64,000 nucleotides of DNA, from positions 13,206,001-13,270,000 of the forward strand of contig OZ210885.1 in the NCBI GenBank assembly GCA_964658305.1, given 5' to 3'. Below are positions 26,001-35,201 of this stretch, in pieces. The notes under the pieces were generated by a model. That model made no database searches, had not been told where the DNA came from, and was given only the letters and a program-made list of their open reading frames with translations. The stretch comes from Leptogorgia sarmentosa. Lineage: Eukaryota. Made by a program: the position numbers and the translations under genes. How positions within the stretch are numbered: the first letter of the stretch is position 1; every line of letters begins with the position of its first letter.

Positions 26001-26954
26001 ATGCTTTTAATAGAAATTAGGAATTTGCGGGCGCAAATTCTGAGATGCGCGGGCAGTTTTGATACTGCGGGAAAGTTGGAGTGTCAAAACTACCCGCGCA
26101 TCCCTAAATTTACGCCCGCACCTATTAATAATTTCTATTAAACGCATAAAAGCGACTGTTGAAGAGGCGGCTCGGTATTCGAAATTAAGTTGCCAGTTGC
26201 GACAAATTCCTTTTAGTAACATACCTGCAACATAAATCACTATGAAGCTAAAATTGCGTCACAAATATTTGCAAAATAATTATTCTGTATAACGTAGCCG
26301 TTAGATAACACGGCTAACAATCCACGATCAGCTCGCAAGTGATGGCAAAAATTGATTCGCGTGAAATGCCGGTTCGATAAAATGGCTGTAAATCCAAATT
26401 AAAATACGTCTCACGTTGTATCAAAATTGCCTTGGGAAAGAAGAACATTGGGTATGCTCTGCGATCAAAATCTTTCGTTCGTAACAGCCACTATAAATAT
26501 AAAACATGGCTATCAATCCAAAATTGATCGCAAAAATTAATTGCCTCGCGTAACATTGCCTTAACAGATTTAAAAATTTTAAACCACACTTTTAGGTCGT
26601 GGTTCTTTGGTGATTGAGAACTTCAGAACTGGAAAGGTTCTCTATAGATTTCCAATTGAACTTCCTGAACGTATCAGAGCGTTGGCATTAGCGCCTGGAA
26701 GTGAATTACTTTTGTCGTGCACGAATATTTATGATGAGAAGACGCTGAAACTGTGGAACCTACCAAATGGAGAGTGTGTTGAAGAGTTTCATTTCGACCG
26801 GGATGTTTTAGCCATCGCATGTGGCTCAAATGGAATGGTTTGTGTTGGCCTTGAAGGAGGTCGGGTCTGCTTCCTTCGTCTTAATAAGTTATCCTCGCAT
26901 TCAAAACAACTGCAACCAGAAGGTAGAAAACGTGGTGCAAGTGTAATCGATTAG
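1828..26954 (+). CDS. Multi-exon WD40-repeat protein gene, 3' part only (5' end upstream of window). Exons: 1828-2046, 4182-4391, 8375-8618, 9419-9657, 11444-11553, 14326-14734, 19204-19808, 24340-24589, 26596-26954
   Basis: GH...WD-type repeats (GHSGVVSCLAVS..LASGSWDGSTILW; GHESDITSVALS..ISGDKEGSVRLW; LTASWDGSIRVWN). All eight internal introns have GT..AG ends and matching phases (1,1,2,1,0,1,0,1). The family (e.g. NACHT/NB-ARC-WD40) cannot be fixed without the N-terminus. Confidence 0.85.
3340..3795. mobile_element. Non-autonomous Crypton-like hairpin element
   Basis: Long inverted repeat 3503-3743 with GC-rich apex CTCGGCCGTACCGGCCTCG and TGATTGG motif nearby; outer ends approximate. Confidence 0.5.
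4182..4391 (+). CDS. WD40 gene exon
   Basis: gttgtag|GG phase-1 acceptor, ACAG|gtatgc donor; IATVGYPGETIKLWK..LVGHTDWVTCV. Confidence 0.8.
4493..6502 (-). mobile_element. Crypton (tyrosine recombinase) DNA transposon, apparently autonomous, in an intron of the WD40 gene
   Basis: Carries a YR ORF; ~70-bp-arm hairpin at 4497-4650 with GCCGAAGCCGAAGGCTGAGGC apex; CCAATCA motif near the other end; no TIRs; ends approximate. Confidence 0.8.
5073..6329 (-). CDS. Crypton tyrosine recombinase (DUF3504 / KCTD1-ZMYM-related type), ~418 aa, intronless
   Basis: NTKKST..FY.EVRKKDG.EY..SL..LR.GL.RHF N-domain; catalytic R (CRRG), K (TKNH), HxxR (NHSIRAT), H (SGH), Y (LKSY) all present; ATG at 6329. Confidence 0.9.
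   Translation of the reverse strand: MASSKERFADLGEAEIRKLLEDRDSVNTKKSTKGSKAIFEEYLREKKLHHPENSEELASVLKSFYAEVRKKDGSEYTKNSLCSLRFGLNRHFKSVFNYDIIKDKEFDEANSVYEAQCVYLKKRGLAKTEHKPPIADEDIKKLYESGVFNTDSPATLQNKVFFEILFFFCRRGRQNLRQLKKDDFAIKINAQGQRCVVKKSDELTKNHRVNDAQAEEGGMMVANDSPYCPVYSFEKYLTHLNPLNEFLFQRPKRCSPSDGIIWYDNMVVGENTLGKKMKVLSKEAKLSVEYTNHSIRATTITILDRNGYEARHIMSVSGHKSESSLKSYTKTGELTKSRMAGCLSSAIDSSEHHIAETPSNAINPDMSALATVSENNDEVGPLLTSSQEELIMRDFSFQTTTQTSKQYNFYNCQVNFKA
8375..8618 (+). CDS. WD40 gene exon
   Basis: ttttag|AT, ATCAG|gtgggt; LVSGSDDGTIKIWDLKT..GHESDITSV. Confidence 0.9.
9419..9657 (+). CDS. WD40 gene exon
   Basis: tttcag|A, AAAG|gtatag; LTASWDGSIRVWNL, CVTASNDGTFKVWNL. Confidence 0.9.
9997..10882. 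mobile_element. Non-autonomous TIR element hosting a nested MITE
   Basis: GCAATAAGTGGTGAGAAATTTTATA ... TATAAAATTTCTCACCACTTATTGC with imperfect longer inverted arms. Confidence 0.55.
10368..10654. mobile_element. Foldback (Mutator-like) MITE, same family core as 50280-50560
   Basis: Almost fully palindromic, GGAGATCGCT..AGCGATCTCC; flanked by TTAAAATAAA/TCAAAATAAA (near-perfect ~10-bp TSD). Confidence 0.7.
11444..11553 (+). CDS. WD40 gene short exon (absent from ORF track)
   Basis: caatag|GT, ATAAAG|gtgtag; GVLEWAKDVAVSADDRYVVSLSKDG; links phase 1 to phase 0 of the neighbouring exons. Confidence 0.75.
11886..12231. mobile_element. hAT-type MITE
   Basis: CAGGGCCGCC..GGCGGGACTG termini; exact 8-bp TSD CAGACCTT; GGGCCC subterminal motifs. 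Confidence 0.85.
14326..14734 (+). CDS. WD40 gene exon
   Basis: ttcaag|GTGTGG, GCAG|gtgggt; VWNLSDG..VRFSSDGLQVIIGCKDNHVFIWDW. Confidence 0.85.
15172..15653. mobile_element. Non-autonomous Crypton-like element
   Basis: Hairpin with CGCCTTCGGCTCG apex, CCAATCAG motif, ends GCCATATAATAA. Confidence 0.6.
15654..16242. mobile_element. Second non-autonomous Crypton-like element abutting the first
   Basis: Hairpin with CGAGCGACGAAGGAGCGAGG apex, CCAATCAG motif, ends GCCATATAATAA. Confidence 0.6.
16256..16690. mobile_element. Tc1/mariner-type MITE
   Basis: TIR CCTTATTCGTACTTAATTTCGCG, TA on both flanks, internal TTTCGCG repeats. Confidence 0.8.
17128..17636. mobile_element. Non-autonomous Crypton-like element (near-identical to 38109-38613)
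   Basis: TGATTGG near left end, hairpin apex ACTCGGCTACGCCTCGT, TAA-containing ends; second copy in window. Confidence 0.75.
17637..18112 (+). mobile_element. 3' end of a non-LTR retrotransposon (L2/CR1-group), truncated
   Basis: Remnant YNLRG..LP/KPRTDSLKKSFSYNGASRWNSLPAEIR; 3' tail AATAAA followed by (CTAT)n. Confidence 0.65.
19204..19808 (+). CDS. WD40 gene exon
   Basis: ttttcag|GT, GACAAG|gtatgt; FASGSIGGSVKLWNV, IIVASDDK. Confidence 0.9.
20346..23302. repeat. Near-identical 1212-bp tandem repeat, ~2.4 copies (A-B-A-B-A)
   Basis: Units start at 20346, 21558, 22770; the same short ORFs recur at +1212 in the ORF track. Confidence 0.95.
24340..24589 (+). CDS. WD40 gene exon (divergent)
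   Basis: ttgacag|ATT phase 0, TTAG|gtaaat phase 1; LTKWNLND..VLRINNSGNIVAILG. Confidence 0.65.
24987..25296. mobile_element. PIF/Harbinger-like MITE with degenerate right TIR
   Basis: GGGCCTGTTTATACGATC left end; ~80-bp inverted arms. Confidence 0.5.
25321..25772. repeat. Array of palindromic TTTCACATGTGAAA motifs (probable truncated DNA-transposon end)
   Basis: More than 20 variants of the CACATGTG-centred motif. Confidence 0.8.
26596..26954 (+). CDS. WD40 gene terminal exon
   Basis: ttttag|GT; KTLKLWNLPNGECV..VCVGLEGGRVCFLRL; stop TAG. Confidence 0.9.
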
Positions 26955-27239
26955 CATAATCTCATTAGAAAATGTCACCGAAAGTTTATAGCTAGAACTT
27001 TCAAATCACTCTTCAAGTGTTGTATTACAGAATGAAAGCCATGAATAATAAACAAACAATTTGCAATTCGAATAAGAAATCTCACCTCGTAGAAATCGAG
27101 AGTGAGAAGAATCAGACATTAAACTTGAAATATTGAAGAGCCAGGTTCTTTTACACAAATTCACTTTTTTTCTCTACTCGCTCTCTATCGAAGAGACGAA
27201 TCTCTTTAATAATAATTACTATTGTTCCATAAATAATAA

Positions 27240-27729
27240 TTATTAATTGTTTATTTAAATAATTCAAGAGTTTTTATTGATTAAGAGCATTGGGTGAATT
27301 CGTCATATGATCATATCTGCTCTGTAAAACACATAAATTAAACGACATTAAGACGTAATTATGTCGTATATTGAAAACTATATGACATTATGACATCTAC
27401 TAGTTTATGCTGCTTTTGGTCAAAGCGGCGAAAAATACAAGTTCTTGTTTCCAACGCAACCGTTTGATAAAGACACAAGAGCCGAAGCCTGATACAAATA
27501 ACACAAACCGAGTCTTAATAACTCAGCATATCCTACGAGAACTGAATTGAATAATTGTTTTATTGTTTATTTGTATCTTTCTCCGACTTAGTGTAAACAG
27601 TTTCACTGTAAACAAGAACTTGTATCTTTCGCCGTTTTTAACATGAGGAGCATAAATTAGTCGACGTCATAATGTCATATAATTTTCAATATACGACATA
27701 ACTATACGTCATAATGTCGTATATGAGTT
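27240..27729. mobile_element. Two partial non-autonomous derivatives of the 4493-6502 Crypton (one inverted, one direct); the second is cut by the CACGGTG element
   Basis: Matches to 6361-6500 (reverse complement) and to 4585-4665 plus 6370-6441. Confidence 0.7.
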
Positions 27730-28191
27730 CACGGTGGCCATAAAATGTAAGGAATTACGCACGCAAGCCCGTTTATAGAGATTGTTACATTTTCCCTTGT
27801 AATCGAGAGCGAGTAAAACTTTGTTTTGACATGGTTAAATTATGACATATACCGGCATTCTAAGCGGTCGTACTTCAAAGTAAATGGCGGCTGTGAATGC
27901 AGCAGAATTTCTGCTTCAATTTCATACCAAATTTTACGATATTTGATGAAGAAATACACCAGAAATTTGGTTGACTTGTTGATCGAAATATGCCGCTTTA
28001 ACGCATGCGAATATTTTAAGGGAATATATCTTCAAAAGGATCGTAAACTGTTAGCCTGTGGACTGTTTTGTTCAGTGTGTGTGAAAGAGCATTTGTCAGG
28101 TAAAAATCCTATGTTTTTTGTTTTCTGAAATTCGCATTGTGTGCCGAGTAAATGAATATTTTATGAGCCATGACGAACTGTCATTTGCAGG

Positions 28192-31100
28192 ATGCCTCTC
28201 AACAAATTAAAACAGTATTCCCGATTCAATGTTGGGGAAGTGATGAAGGCAAGAAAAAAAGTCCGACAAGAGGTCGCCCTTGCACACACTTCAGTCGTGG
28301 AAGGCAAACGTACTGTGAATGCTTTAAATTCGAAACGAAAAACGCTTGAAAATAAGGTAAATTATGTTTAACTTGTTTGAATTATTATAGTATGTAGTGT
28401 GTGCTTGGTAGTTTTTATGAAAGAAGTAAACATGTGCAAATTGCTTATATAAATAAACTGTTCCATTCTTGACTTGCAACCAATCTCTTGGGACAAATCA
28501 CAGACAGTGTTTTTTGCCCATGCTGGCTGGTGCCCTCTGAAAAATTCCATGCCATATCGGTATATATTCTTAAAGCATTACATGTCTAGTTTGCATGTAC
28601 CCCTGAAGAATTCCAGACATCCTCGACAGTGGTTATATACAGATATTAGGGCCTGTTTACATGGAGGTAGGGTAACCCTATAGCAAGCGAGTTACCCTAC
28701 TACAATGTGTTTTATAGGAAGCATTTGTAAATATGCGCACTAGGGTTACCCTAGGAGTAGGGTAACCCTATCATTTTTCGAATAACAGATGGCTTAGCAA
28801 TTACGCATGGTAGGGTAACCCTATTGGACAACATATCCCTAACAGGTAGGGTAACCCTACTTCATGTAAATGCTTGTTATTTTCTGACCTGCTTGCTAGG
28901 GTAACCCTCTTGCTAGGGTCACCCTACCTCCATGTAAACTGGCCCTTAAATGTAAAATAGCTCAATACGGATGAGAAGGAAGTACTGGCCGAATCCCTAT
29001 TCGTAACTTGTTTGCAACTTAGTTTATCTTGGCAGACAGGACAAGTGATTGTGTTTCTCATTTTAGATCACTTCTTTAAAAGAGAATATAAATGTCTTAG
29101 AAAATGAGAAACAGGTTCTTGTACAACATCCAGCAGCCATCCTTAATAGAACACTGAAGCCTACAACCAACGAAGATGGCCAGTTGATGATTGCTGAAAG
29201 GACAACTACAAAAAGACGAAGTGAGACATTTCAAGCAGTGACCAGGATTCACGGTGGCTCACCTTCAAATGGCATGGCTGCACTTTCAAGTTTAGTTGAT
29301 ACACTTGCAACAAAATTTCCTGAGAAAAATTTAGTTAAGGCTATGTCTAAATCTTCCAAGTTGTGTAAAAAGGTTTTCCCTAAGATTTACAATCAGAAGC
29401 TTAAGGAATTTGAAGTGTCAGGTCAAAATATGTTACGCAGTATTGCAACCTATTTTAATAGAGGTGTGATGGGTAAGCGAAAATATAGGGCTGTTTTTAA
29501 ATCCATAGCTTCAGTGTCTGAGAGCCCTAAGCCAACAATGCATAGGGTTAATGGTAACAAACGAATTAAGGTTATGTCTTGCAATGTTGTTCGTTTAGTG
29601 CCATATGATAAAATGATGGCATATGTTAGGTCTTTGGAAATTGGAGCAGTGCGATGTGTGAAGGAGGACTTCTGTTATGGGTTAGATGATTGTGAAAAAG
29701 TTGAAGGCTGTTACAGACACTTGGCTGAATTTTTGCCCCTGTTAGCAAACTTCTATTTGAAACTGGCAGAGATATCAGGGGAGAATTTGTTGTGGTTTGA
29801 CAATGAAATTAACAAGTTTCATGTTGTATTAGGGGGGGATGGTGCCCCATTCGGTAAAGACAGCACAGCCTGTTCCTGGCTCGTTAGTTTCATGAATCGA
29901 GGAAAAAACATACTAAGTAATACTGAAAATTTTATGATTTTCGGGGCTAACTGCGAAGAAAACTCAATTGTTATTGTCCGCTATGTAAAATTTCTTTTGA
30001 AAGAAATAACTGAAATTGAAAAAAGAGAGTTTCAAATAGATGGAAAAAATGTTAAGTTCACTTTTTCTGAGTTTCCAAATGATTTAAAGATGATGGCATT
30101 TTTAGCCGGTGAATTGCCAGTCAGTGCAAAATATTTTTCTACTTTTGCCAATGTCAACACAGACAATTGCGATGAACCAAATGGGACATTTGGCTCACAA
30201 CTTGATTGCACTTGGCAGCCATGGTCATATAGTAAGAGAGTAAGTGTTTTCGAGAAGGTTGAAAAACTTAAGAAAAAGATTGAAGTGCAAAAATGTTCTG
30301 CCAAAACAAAGAGAAATAAAATAACATCATTTATTGCCGGTGAAAAAAGTCGGCAAGAATTCGAACCATTGCTTGGGCCTTTTCTAGAACGAGCCCACAT
30401 TGAGCCACTACATGTCAAGAATAATGCCTGCCAGCAAATGTTTAGGTTAATTCTGTATGAAAGTATTTCTAAGTCAAATTTTGGCCCCAATGTTGCTCAT
30501 TTTCGTGATGTATCAAATTCAACAGCTTTCTTTAGGCTTGTAAATTGCCTCATCAAGACTGCAAAGTTAGCTCGTCTTGCAAAAAAAGTGAAACGATGGT
30601 TTAATGACACCAAAGGGACTGGCAAAGATTTTCAGTATCGGTTTACTGGGCAGGACGCCAGGATGTTTTTACATAATTTCATGTTTATAATTGACTCTCT
30701 GAAAGAACCAACTGATACTGCAAAACAGGAATTTGCTCTTCACATCTTTGCATATATTTGTTTGCAGTTAAGGGAGGCTGTCTCAATTTTTTGTAGGGTG
30801 GTTAATGTTACCCAATTAGACCTGAAGTTGTTGAAGCAGTACTGTACTAATTTCTTCAGAGCATGTTGTTTATTTACACAATCAGTTTCTCCTACTATTT
30901 GGAATGTTGGGCACCTTATCCCTTCCCATGCTTTACAGGTCTTTGAAAAATACCAGTTAGGTTTAAATGTTGTATCAATGGAGGGTCGAGAATCAAAGCA
31001 TGTGTCAGTTGCTAGGTACAGCAGAAATACTACTTTTTCAGGGAGATGGTGGCAAATATTTCGCTATGAGTTTGTTCAGTTGATTTGGTTGAGGGAGAAA

Positions 31101-31316
31101 GGTAATTATTCAGTTGATAATATTACATACAAGGAAACATACATTCCATCTCGAGTCACATCAGGTGAATCCTGTCACTGTGGATTTTGCAAGAGCTCCA
31201 TGGAAAAGTGTTACTATTGTTCACACCAGTACAGAAAAGTTATTGAAGACAGTATTCTTGCTGGTAAGCTGCTTGCATGTGTAGAGAAGAATCTTGTTGG
31301 CAAATGCAAAAAGTGA
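28192..31316 (+). CDS. RAG1-core-like (Transib/Chapaev clade) DDE transposase, ~804 aa; exons 28192-28356 and 29067-31316
   Basis: Motifs in RAG1 order: VVLGGDG (D), FPNDLKM (D), HIEPLH, RFTGQDARMF, GHLIPSH (Hx4H), SMEGRESKH (E); Cys-rich C-tail; phase-0 GT..AG intron joins an upstream 55-codon exon in frame. Confidence 0.8.
28649..28945. mobile_element. PIF/Harbinger-type MITE in the transposase intron
   Basis: TIR GGGCC(T/A)GTTTACATGGAGGTAGGGT; TTA TSD on both sides; internal TAGGGTAACCCTA palindromes. Confidence 0.85.
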
Positions 31317-31907
31317 AGGAGCTTTGAAGGACGTTAAACTCTGAAGAACATCAGAACTTTGAACATTTAGAACCTGATATTCAGGCTTATAAATTATTTG
31401 TATACATGCTGAAAAGGCTTTTATTTTGAACTTTGAACATTTCATTGATTTCATACCTGAAATTCAGGCTTAAAGATTATTTATACACCTGCAAAGCAGG
31501 TCTTTATTGCATATATTATGCAAATTTGTATGAATTTTCAATAAAGAACTATATGTATTGTTTGTACAACATATCACTTTTTCTCTTTTTATTCACTCTT
31601 CTTGAGAGATTGTGAATGTGCATGTTTTTCCCATTACTGGCTAACTAATATGATCCTTGATGATTAAGCTGTAAAGCTTCTCCTTTCACGAATGACAAGT
31701 AAAATTGTCTGGCATTAGGCAAGTGGAAAAAATAATTTGGGGACACTTACAACCATTTCGGCTAAATAGGTTAAAATGCCTCGGGTGGCAATGTGGGCCC
31801 CAGTTTGCCCACTTGGTTACTAATTAAAGACAATTTTGCTTATCAAGTGCTAGACAGAGCTGTGGCTCTGAATAGGTTGAAACATTCTTGTTTATTTAAA
31901 TTTCCCA

Positions 31908-32648
31908 TCAGAAGTTGTGGACAGCAAAACCTGCCTTGTTCCATATTCCATAGTGGAAAGAAACACAAAATTGCCCAGACTTGATCTTGTATGTAAAAGA
32001 AAATTCATGTCCGCAGCTTACAATTACATGGGCTTTACCATGTCTTCTTCCAGCCAGAATTTTTTTAAAGAAACCCTTCACATTTGCTTCAGAGTAGCCA
32101 CTTAACACTGATAGCAATACAACCACAGCTTTCTTTGATGAGAAAGTCATTACTTGCTGTTTCCTGTTATCACTATAAGCAACATTGTCGGTAAGCTCAC
32201 TTTTCCTGGAGTGCTGCACTGACGTTTTAAGTGCAAGGAACATTTCAAATGGAATGTTTCTAATGATTTCACCTTGGTATGGTTTCCTTATGCTAATACG
32301 TCCTGCCAATCGAGAGCTTATTTTTTGAAGCCATTGTCTGCTCTCAGCTGCAAATATGGTGCCACAATTAGCGGATTTGTTCAACAATACCTTCATCGGG
32401 TCACTGGGAGGTTGAAATGCTTCGATAGATGCTTTAATATATTTTTCAACACACTTTTTAAATGCTTCCGAGTTCTGGCCCAAGTCAAGGCCATTCAATG
32501 CTTCTAGACATGTATTTATTTTGGAATCGAGATCTCTATTATCTTCAACATAATGAATCTCATCAGAATCACTACTTTCCCCTGAACTTTCAGCCAGAAT
32601 TTGCGCAAGAACTTCTTCCCCACTCATACGGGAAAAAGCGGTCGCCAT
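31908..32648 (-). CDS. Hypothetical ~246-aa protein inside the transposon, convergent with the transposase
   Basis: Uninterrupted ORF starting AAAATGGCG at 32648, ~95 bp inside the right TIR; acidic/Ser-rich N-terminus; no recognisable domain. Confidence 0.65.
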   Translation of the reverse strand: MATAFSRMSGEEVLAQILAESSGESSDSDEIHYVEDNRDLDSKINTCLEALNGLDLGQNSEAFKKCVEKYIKASIEAFQPPSDPMKVLLNKSANCGTIFAAESRQWLQKISSRLAGRISIRKPYQGEIIRNIPFEMFLALKTSVQHSRKSELTDNVAYSDNRKQQVMTFSSKKAVVVLLSVLSGYSEANVKGFFKKILAGRRHGKAHVIVSCGHEFSFTYKIKSGQFCVSFHYGIWNKAGFAVHNF

Positions 32649-32754
32649 TTTGAATTTAAAATTTTTCAATTTGCGAAGGTTTCCGCTGAGCGGCTGGCAT
32701 TGCAGACCATTGCCAGATTTCGACGTCCGCACGGCCACCGTGAATTCTCATCTA

Positions 32755-32822
32755 CAAACAATTTGGCTCAAACAATTTGGCTCAAACAATTTGGCTCAAA
32801 CAATTTGGCTCAAACAATTTGG
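32755..32822. repeat. 14-bp tandem repeat (CAAACAATTTGGCT) x ~5
   Basis: Direct reading. Confidence 0.9.
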
Positions 32823-33077
32823 TGTACAGCTAAACGCTATTGCATTTATTGTTAAAACGGTTGAGCAATATTTTTACCTATAACAGGAAGTTTGTATATG
32901 AGAAGCGTAGCTACATTGGATACAGGATCGCTAAGAGAGAAGAACACATTTTCACCAAGGCGGAAAACTTGGAAAGGTGCTGAAGAATCTGAATTTCAGC
33001 AACATTAAGGTAGAGTGCTGAACGTCAGATTGTTACTCAAACGTTGTTTGCCCTACCACTACAGAGAGGATCGAGAG

Positions 33078-33257
33078 CAGGGCCGTCGCTAGAACGTTAA
33101 TTGGGGGGGTGCATATTCATATTTTGGCGTTCTGCCGACTGATTTCTTTAGAAATAAATTCATAAACAACTGATTTCAAAAGAAATCAGTCGGCAGAACG
33201 CCAAAATATGAATATGTACCCCCCCCCCCCCCAATTAACGTTCTAGCGACGGCCCTG
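33078..33257. mobile_element. hAT-type palindromic MITE
   Basis: TIR CAGGGCCGTCGCTAGAACGTTAATTGGGG; exact 8-bp TSD ATCGAGAG. Confidence 0.9.
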
Positions 33258-33994
33258 ATCGAGAGACACTAGATGATGACTGTGTGTTAAAATAAATACC
33301 AGTAAGGCTTTCTCATTTCTCTTAATTAATGAGGGATATTGATATAACGAGAATCAAATCTAATCTAAAACTATTCAGGATTATAAAGCTTGGAGATCGT
33401 CACGTCCTCGATCCACGATTATAGATAATGTAATTAAACCTCAATATTTTGATATTCAGAGCTAAGTAGGGATAACAAAAACTGACGACAATGGTTTAGG
33501 ATTGATTTAAGTATATAAATCACTTTCAGAGATTGTTGCAAAATCTTCTTGATATGTATCCCATTTAAAATTTTCTGCTTAGCAAACTTATACAGCAATA
33601 ACAAACGCAGTCAGTTGGGTTGATTTATTGAAATTTTAAAGAAAAGTGAAAATTTCGGATCACTTCCGCATAGCTTTAAATGAAATGAAATAAAATGCAA
33701 TGCAAGGCAAGGCAATTCCAAAAATCGGCATTAACATATTAATAATTTAACATTTTTTGCTGAAATGTCTAAACAATAGTCGAAACGATGAAATAAATAA
33801 TCTTAATTATTTATAAAATATTAAAATATTTTGTCGATTGTGCCATTTTAATTAAATTCAAAGTGGTTCCGTAATTTAAAAGGAATAAGATGTGTGGAAA
33901 TCAGCGGTTTTAAATCGAATATAAACCATATTAGTGCCCAAACAAACGGAGAAAGAATTCACTATTTGTACAATGTAAGTAGGTCACAGCGCCT

Positions 33995-34508
33995 ACGTAA
34001 TTTTTATATGGTCATAAAGAGCAAGTTACTAGCTGTTGAATGAAAAGTTTCTTGTACCATTTTAAAGGGAGCACGTATGAGTCTATTAAAAATCGTTGGT
34101 CGAAATCGCATATTTTCACCCCTGAGAATTGCGGCTAAACTTATTCAAAATGAACTCCCTCTGGGACTCGAAGATGACGACCTTCCCTTCAACAAACGAC
34201 CTGATTATGCATAATTATTAATAATCCTGATAAAAATCCTTGTTACCATGACACATTCGTAACTAATTGCATTTTTCTTTTGTTCTGCACTGTTTTAATT
34301 AGGCACAGAGGTGAAAATATGCAATTTCGACTGTCAAATTTAATCGCTCTCATATTCGTTCGGTTTCGCTCATAATGACACAAAAAACATGGCATTCAAT
34401 AGCTGAGACTCTGATCTTTATGACCATGCAAAAATTACGTTCATACACCCAGTAATTAACGCACAATGGCATGCCAAAGTTCGATTACCTTTTTTCTGAG
34501 ACACCCTA
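33995..34508. mobile_element. Truncated copy of the Tc1/mariner-type MITE at 61787-62371
   Basis: Right end GATTACCTTTTTTCTGAGACACCCT; interior is the reverse complement of ~62000-62180. Confidence 0.7.
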
Positions 34509-35201
34509 TATAGAGTTTAATTTAATCAGACGTTATTTGTGCAGCGAGTTATTAGTATACAAAGAGGGAGAGTGCGCGCATGCCTATTGGGCGGCGGAAG
34601 TAATTAGTATGCAGAGTGCATATAGCGCTAATTAATATGCAAATAGGGGGAGTGATTTAGCGCCGGAAGTAACTAATATGCAGAGTGCCTATAGCGCTAA
34701 TTAGTATGCAGAGCGACGTGAGAGTTATGGCGAGTACAAATTTTTTATTAAAAATGTTTCATAAAGTTGTCGGAATTTGTTTTTGAGATAATCCTTGTAT
34801 GCCTTTTGTTCATCTTGTTCGCTGCTTTTGAATGTTTCCTTTGTTCCGGAGTATCTGAAGATCGGTGTAGAGGTGAAGTAACATTCATGCAATGAAAAAG
34901 GATTAGGGTTTTCCATTTCGTTTACGACCTAGACTAGTATAGGATTCTCTATAGTTTCTTGAAATAATGATTCGACTAAAAGTAGATCGGATTTTGTTTC
35001 ATTTGAAGTAAATATTCGCCAAATTCGGAAGGGAATATTTAGAAATTCGATAGTATGTATGAATTTTTGTATGTATGAATTTGTATAGCATCGAGACCGT
35101 ACATTTTCCATTTTTCAAAATCGTCCATCATTAAACAGTCTTGTTATATTCTACACCCGCAACACACTGATTGAATTTGTTTTCAATCATTTGTGCTATA
35201 A

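Larger units (their letters stand above)
27730..32742 (+). mobile_element. RAG1/Transib/Chapaev-related DNA transposon with two convergent ORFs
   Basis: Exact 10-bp TIR CACGGTGGCC at 27730-27739 and 32733-32742; flanks AGTT / AATT (imperfect 4-bp TSD); DDE transposase inside. Confidence 0.8.

Noticed and set aside
27730..27790. Full RSS (heptamer + 12/23 spacer + nonamer) in the TIRs
   Set aside because: No ACAAAAACC-like nonamer at 12 or 23 bp at either end; end-to-end identity stops after about 10-12 bp
27826..28128. Cys-containing 100-aa ORF as first coding exon of the transposase
   Set aside because: Its donor at ~28099 is out of phase with the 28191 exon, giving an early stop; more likely 5' UTR or decayed sequence
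30032..30490. Antisense ORFs within the transposase, hAT and FUT coding regions
   Set aside because: Shadow frames with no motif or independent support
31908..32738. Calling the convergent ORF RAG2L, or starting it at 32738
   Set aside because: No kelch or PHD signature and too short; the 32738 GTG lies inside the TIR, so ATG 32648 is preferred
32755..32822. Short repeat array next to the transposon as a mini-CRISPR or guide array
   Set aside because: Contiguous identical 14-mers with no spacers, lying outside the TIR
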